Assembly: GCF_006345805.1 (NCBI RefSeq)
Contig: NW_021825933.1
Location: 1-14,059 of the forward strand
Direction: 5' to 3'
Origin: Octopus sinensis
Taxonomy: Eukaryota
Length of the DNA stretch: 14,059 nt
In this document: piece after piece, positions 8,870 to 14,059 of the stretch
Layout of the letters: each line of letters starts with the position of its first letter
How positions within the stretch are numbered: the first letter of the stretch is position 1
Notes under the pieces: generated by a model
Database searches by the model: none
The model's input: the letters and a program-made list of their open reading frames with translations, nothing else
Told to the model about the DNA's origin: nothing
Translations under genes and position numbers: made by a program

Positions 8870-9103
8870 AGATTGGAAGTCCACCTGAAGATTGTCGATC
8901 AAGACAAGAAACAATTGTAGTGGCGGTTTTTTTGACTATTTATTATAAATTTTATGTATTGATTAAGTCTTTCCTTGTTTGTTTTGCAAAATAGTGGTTT
9001 TGTCTCTAATAATATTTTATAATATTTTACTATAAAATTGTATTTAATCCTAAATCTGATTTTTTCCCTGTAAATTTGGATTTATTCCCTAATATTTATT
9101 ATT
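8870..9103 (+). mobile_element. Probable PLE 3' terminus / pseudo-LTR carrying the hammerhead, joined to (TA)n
   Basis: Hammerhead followed by ~180 nt of T-rich sequence ending ...TTATTCCCTAATATTTATTATT directly into (TA)n. Minimal type I hammerheads in PLE flanking repeats are established (Cervera and de la Pena 2014). The 5' boundary is uncertain. Confidence 0.65.
8881..8923 (+). ncRNA. Minimal type I hammerhead ribozyme
   Basis: Stem I CCAC(8881-84)/GTGG(8920-23). Core CTGAAGA(8885-91). Stem II TTGTC/GACAA with loop GATCAA. GAAA(8908-11). Palindromic stem III ACAATTGT. GUA triplet, predicted cleavage after 8919. All canonical core positions present. Confidence 0.88.
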
Positions 9104-9113
9104 ATATATATTA

Positions 9114-9182
<69 letters not shown>

Positions 9183-9272
9183 GTATGCTCATCAGAGATG
9201 GATAGATAGATAGAAGAGAGAGGGAGAAAGAGAGAGAGAGAGAGAGAGAAGAGATGGGAGAGAGAGAGAGAG
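9104..9272. repeat. (TA)n followed by (GA)n microsatellite
   Basis: Visible runs at 9104-9181 and ~9200-9272. Confidence 0.9.
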
Positions 9273-9516
9273 AGGTGAAGGTGAGGGCGAACATGATAAC
9301 ATATTTGATGTTAAGCATCATTGCAAAAGCTAACTGGAAATAATTTCATTTCGGGGACAGAAAAAGGAAAAAAATTAATAAAGATTAATCAATGACAAAT
9401 AGATTTCTTTCACATGTTGCACTCCATTAACTATTGGCTTTTTTCGTTTTCGTCATGTTTTTTCAATGATTTCTTCTGAAAGAATTTATTGATTTGATTT
9501 ATCGATTTATTCAGCA

Positions 9517-9930
9517 GATACATACACACACACACAATCACATAGGCAAACACTCACACATACACTCACACATACACACAAACGCACGCATACGCACAAA
9601 CACGCACACACACAGACAAACACTCACACACAGACCCACATATACACACAAACGCACGCACACACACCCAAACACGCAAACGCACACAGACACACGCTCA
9701 CACACTTACACACACAAACGCACGCAAACGTACAAATACGCACGCAGACACACACACACACGTAAACAAACACTCACACGCCACGAGGGCACACAAACGC
9801 ATGCAAACGCACAAACTGACGAACACACACACACCCACACACACGCAAACACACACACACAAATAAAAACTCACACACACATCCACATACATACATATAC
9901 ATATATATATACACCTACACACACACATAT
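9517..9930. repeat. Degenerate (CA)n / ACACACAAACGCACGC-type repeat
   Basis: CA-rich tract with recurrent CACACAAACGCACGCA; explains the H/T-rich 156 aa ORF. Confidence 0.85.
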
Positions 9931-10077
9931 TGTATTAATTAATAGTAGGAGATGGATTTCGTAATAGACTGTTATAAGGCACAACATATGTTTCGACCAT
10001 CAGTGTAATAATTTTATTATTATATATATACATATACATATGTATGGTTGTATAAATATTTAGATATAGATATAAAC

Positions 10078-10104
10078 AGATAGATAGATAGATAGATAGA
10101 TAGC

Positions 10105-10175
<71 letters not shown>

Positions 10176-10176
10176 C

Positions 10177-10266
<90 letters not shown>

Positions 10267-10307
10267 TGTAGGTAGGTAGGTAGGTAGGTAGGTTGGTAGG
10301 TAGGTAG
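10078..10307. repeat. (TAGA)n followed by (TAGG)n tetranucleotide microsatellite
   Basis: About 45 TAGA units with two GCTA-type interruptions, then a TAGG run. Confidence 0.97.
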
Positions 10308-10892
10308 ACACACTTAGAATCTTGAAAATTAAGATAACAATGTACATATGTATGTATATGTGTGTGGGAATGAGTGTGCGCGAACGGGCGCGTTAGCTTC
10401 GTTGAATTTTGTTCAATTCAAGTGGAATTCCTTCCCATTCTAAGTACTCGAAACGTGATGAATTTTACAGATATGTTTTCTTTCATTCAGTACTTGGCGC
10501 AACGATCTTTTCGACCGACATCATCTCAGCAAGACCTTTCTCCTTTGTTGACATTCTCCTTGGTTTCAAGTGCATTGGATAAATTATTTATTACACATCG
10601 AGTAATGCACTGAAGCCTTCACACTCTGCTACAATGTGTATATATGGGCGTTTGGTTATTGTATGAATAAATACAGATATATGCATGCACACACACACAC
10701 ACACATATGTCTTTGTTCACACAAACACACACACACATATATAAAATATTCTTGTTTGATAATAATTATCAGTACTGTGCCATGTTACGCATCTAGTGTG
10801 CAATAGCGTCGGTTGCTCTTCCTTTTTAAAACTAATAATCATTTAGTATATATCCGCTAGAGACAGCAACGGAAAAGCTTATAGGCATATAT

Positions 10893-10961
10893 GTATGTAT
10901 GTATGTATTTATGTATGTATGTATGTATGTATGTATGTATGTATGTATATATATGTATCTT

Positions 10962-10993
<32 letters not shown>

Positions 10994-11098
10994 ATATATA
11001 TTATATATATATATATCGGTAAAATAGTATGTGACAATTATTCGGTTTTATTATATTTTTATTTATCGCAATTGATTTGTTTATATATATATAATATA

Positions 11099-11176
<78 letters not shown>

Positions 11177-11256
11177 GATATATATATGTGTGTGTGTGTG
11201 TATGTGTGTCTATGTGTCTGTGTGTATATATAATATACATATATATATATATGTAT
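10893..11256. repeat. (TATG)n/(TA)n/(TG)n compound microsatellites
   Basis: Visible runs with a short unique insert at ~11018-11080. Confidence 0.9.
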
Positions 11257-11938
11257 GTATTTCGGGAATATTCTACTTTGTGTATTCATGGTATTCTGTC
11301 GAAAACTCATAGACATTTAATTAGTAATTTATATGTCGTGTATACATATTAATTAAGATCGTAAAACCTACCACTTCTATACGTGTCGGCGTATGAACTA
11401 CGTCAATGAGAGCGACAACAATGATCAGAATATATGTTATATCAGATTTCTATATTCGTTTCCACTCCGTATATTAATTAATGCGTTTTCTCATTTCCTC
11501 TCATGACAATTTTCCATTGTTACACACAAACATTGACACACCCGCTTCTATTGAATTTCAAAGCTGATTATTAAAAGAGAGTCATACGATGAACAATGGC
11601 TTTAAATATATATTTCTATATACATGCATATATACGGTCTTATATATGTATACAAACACACATAAATAAACAAACACACACATGGTATATATACAAATAG
11701 CTAGATGTAGATAGATATCATACACCACATATGATTATGTGATAGCATATATATACATACATACATACATATATATAATATATATAGGGACATATATGTA
11801 TGTATATAGACATATGCATTTCTTTATGTGTCTGTACATGACGTCATTACCAGTAAATCAACTGAAGAGACACCAATTCCAGTTTAATGGTTTCAAATTT
11901 TTGCTTTTGTTAATCTGTTCTTTTACTTTCAAACAATA

Positions 11939-12404
<466 letters not shown>

Positions 12405-12487
12405 AGAAGAGTTACGAAAAAACAAAAGACGAAGACAGGTGGTGTACAAAACAAACATGTTTTAGGATAACGCTCAGAAATTGAAAA

Positions 12488-12527
12488 GTATTTTACGTTT
12501 CGAGCCTACACTCTTCTACAGAAAGGG
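12488..12527 (-). ncRNA. Hammerhead-like fold with non-canonical core (copy 2)
   Basis: Minus strand: CCCTTT | CTGTAGAA | GAG tgtagg CTC | GAAA | CG | T A | AAATAC. Stem I reduced to 3 bp. Confidence 0.45.
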
Positions 12528-12770
12528 ACATAGAAAAAACAAGGAGAGAAAAAAATGTGTGTAGTGGCTAACGATCTATCATGGCGACTATGTATGCATA
12601 TGTATGTATGTATACACATATAAACTCACACATGCACCCCCCTCACATATGTATATATACAAATAACTACATTGCTACAAATAAGGGGTAAAACGCTGTA
12701 ATGATGTAGTTAACGCAAATGAATGAAAACATATACACTGACAGGGACCACAATATAGCGAAAAGTGCCG

Positions 12771-12839
12771 ATCAATAATTTTTAATACTGACGTCAGATT
12801 CGGCAATTTCCCTTGCCTCATCAGTCAAGGTATCTTGAT
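12771..12839 (-). ncRNA. Type I hammerhead ribozyme with an A15.1-to-U substitution
   Basis: Minus strand: ATCAAGATACC TTGA | CTGATGA(12824-18) | GGCAA gggaaa TTGCC | GAA T | CTGACGTCAG | T A | TTAA AAATTA TTGAT. Perfect 5 bp stem II, palindromic stem III, GUA triplet, and stem I with a proximal 4 bp helix plus a distal ATCAA/TTGAT helix. Confidence 0.72.
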
Positions 12840-13094
12840 TGTTCAGCTCTCTCCAGAAGCACTTCACCATTAGTATTTATGTTTTCGTCATCCAAATTAT
12901 AGGATGGTTTAGCGATTTGCTAATGTACATCAATAAAATTAATATAACCAGCAGTTTGCAATGCTACACAAAACGGCGAATTATATAACACAACATAACT
13001 ACTTTAAAACAAATTGTTTATTGGATATTTTTATTGTTTATCAACGCGACCAGACCCTTTTAAGCGAAGAGAGCTCACGGCTTTTTGTAGTTTT

Positions 13095-13122
13095 ATATAC
13101 ATATATATATACACATACACTC

Positions 13123-13198
<76 letters not shown>

Positions 13199-13442
13199 CA
13201 TATATACATATGTGTGTATATATATATGTGTATGTGTGTATACGTACGTATGCATGTATGTATAAATATATGTGTGCATGTATATACATATATATATATA
13301 CGTGCATAAAAACATACATACCTTATTTATATATACATGCACATATATATATAAATATATATATAAAAATGCCTACATATACATACATACCTAAATACAT
13401 ATATGCACACATATATACATATATGTATATATGTATATATAT

Positions 13443-13488
<46 letters not shown>

Positions 13489-13596
13489 AATATATATGTA
13501 TATATATATATGTATATATGGGCATAAAAATGATATATAACTATATTTACACACAAACACGTACACAGCACGCACACACACACGCACAAATAACTG

Positions 13597-13628
<32 letters not shown>

Positions 13629-13650
13629 TCTATACATTCATATATAAATA
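13095..13650. repeat. Compound TA/TG/CA/TATC microsatellite
   Basis: Visible runs; explains the overlapping I/Y-rich ORFs. Confidence 0.93.
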
Positions 13651-14059
13651 TGTATGAATGCTTGTAGGCTGGTCGGTACTTCTGTATGAACATAGGCGGC
13701 AGTTAGATAGTTAGATAGATAACTGTCTGGCTAGATAATTAGGTAAGTTATAAACGTACGATCGTACATACGTAGGTAGTTGGGCAGGCATTTACGTACA
13801 GCAGCAAAGAATGCAACTACATAAAAATTCCGAAAGTCTGAAGAACTAAATGAAGAACTTGAGATTATAAATTATATTTTAGGAGCTGCAATTACAAAAT
13901 TTGTCACAATTAGTATCTACTTTGAGTAATTTACCAGTAATCAAGCTGATAAATGAAACAAATTTGTATTTATATGTATAATATAAACTATGGAACGCGC
14001 TGAATAAACACATTAGTAACACATTAACAATACAAAACTATTTGATGCAGTATGATGTT

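Noticed and set aside
10374-10613. 79 aa ORF / possible host exon
   Set aside because: No recognisable domain or convincing splice context on either strand.
11862-11900. CTGAAGA as another hammerhead core
   Set aside because: No GAAA after the putative stem II and no stem I/III pairing. CTGAAGA near 13839, CTGACGA near 9816 and minus-strand CTGATGA near 9190 fail for the same reason.

Overview
AT-rich, microsatellite-dense eukaryotic DNA with no recognisable host protein-coding gene. Most listed ORFs are artefacts of (TA)n/(CA)n repeats. The SINE families look like those I recall from octopus genomes; that is recognition, not a database result. Contents: (1) five tRNA-derived SINE copies from three families, including a nested insertion and an inverted pair; (2) a fossil Tc1/mariner DD37D transposase C-terminus; (3) a triple inverted-repeat palindrome; (4) a Penelope-like retroelement (PLE) fragment on the minus strand at 4785-6270, with RT GLYRDD, thumb, Cys4 linker and GIY-YIG, mostly missed by the ORF track because of frameshifts; (5) a 1.9 kb G/T-skewed diverged tandem array; (6) a set of hammerhead ribozyme motifs: one canonical minimal type I hammerhead (8881-8923, +), one with a single core substitution (12771-12839, -), and two tandem hammerhead-like folds with a non-canonical YUGUAGAA core (12182-12219 and 12488-12527, -). 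The ribozyme/PLE system is the most interesting signal.
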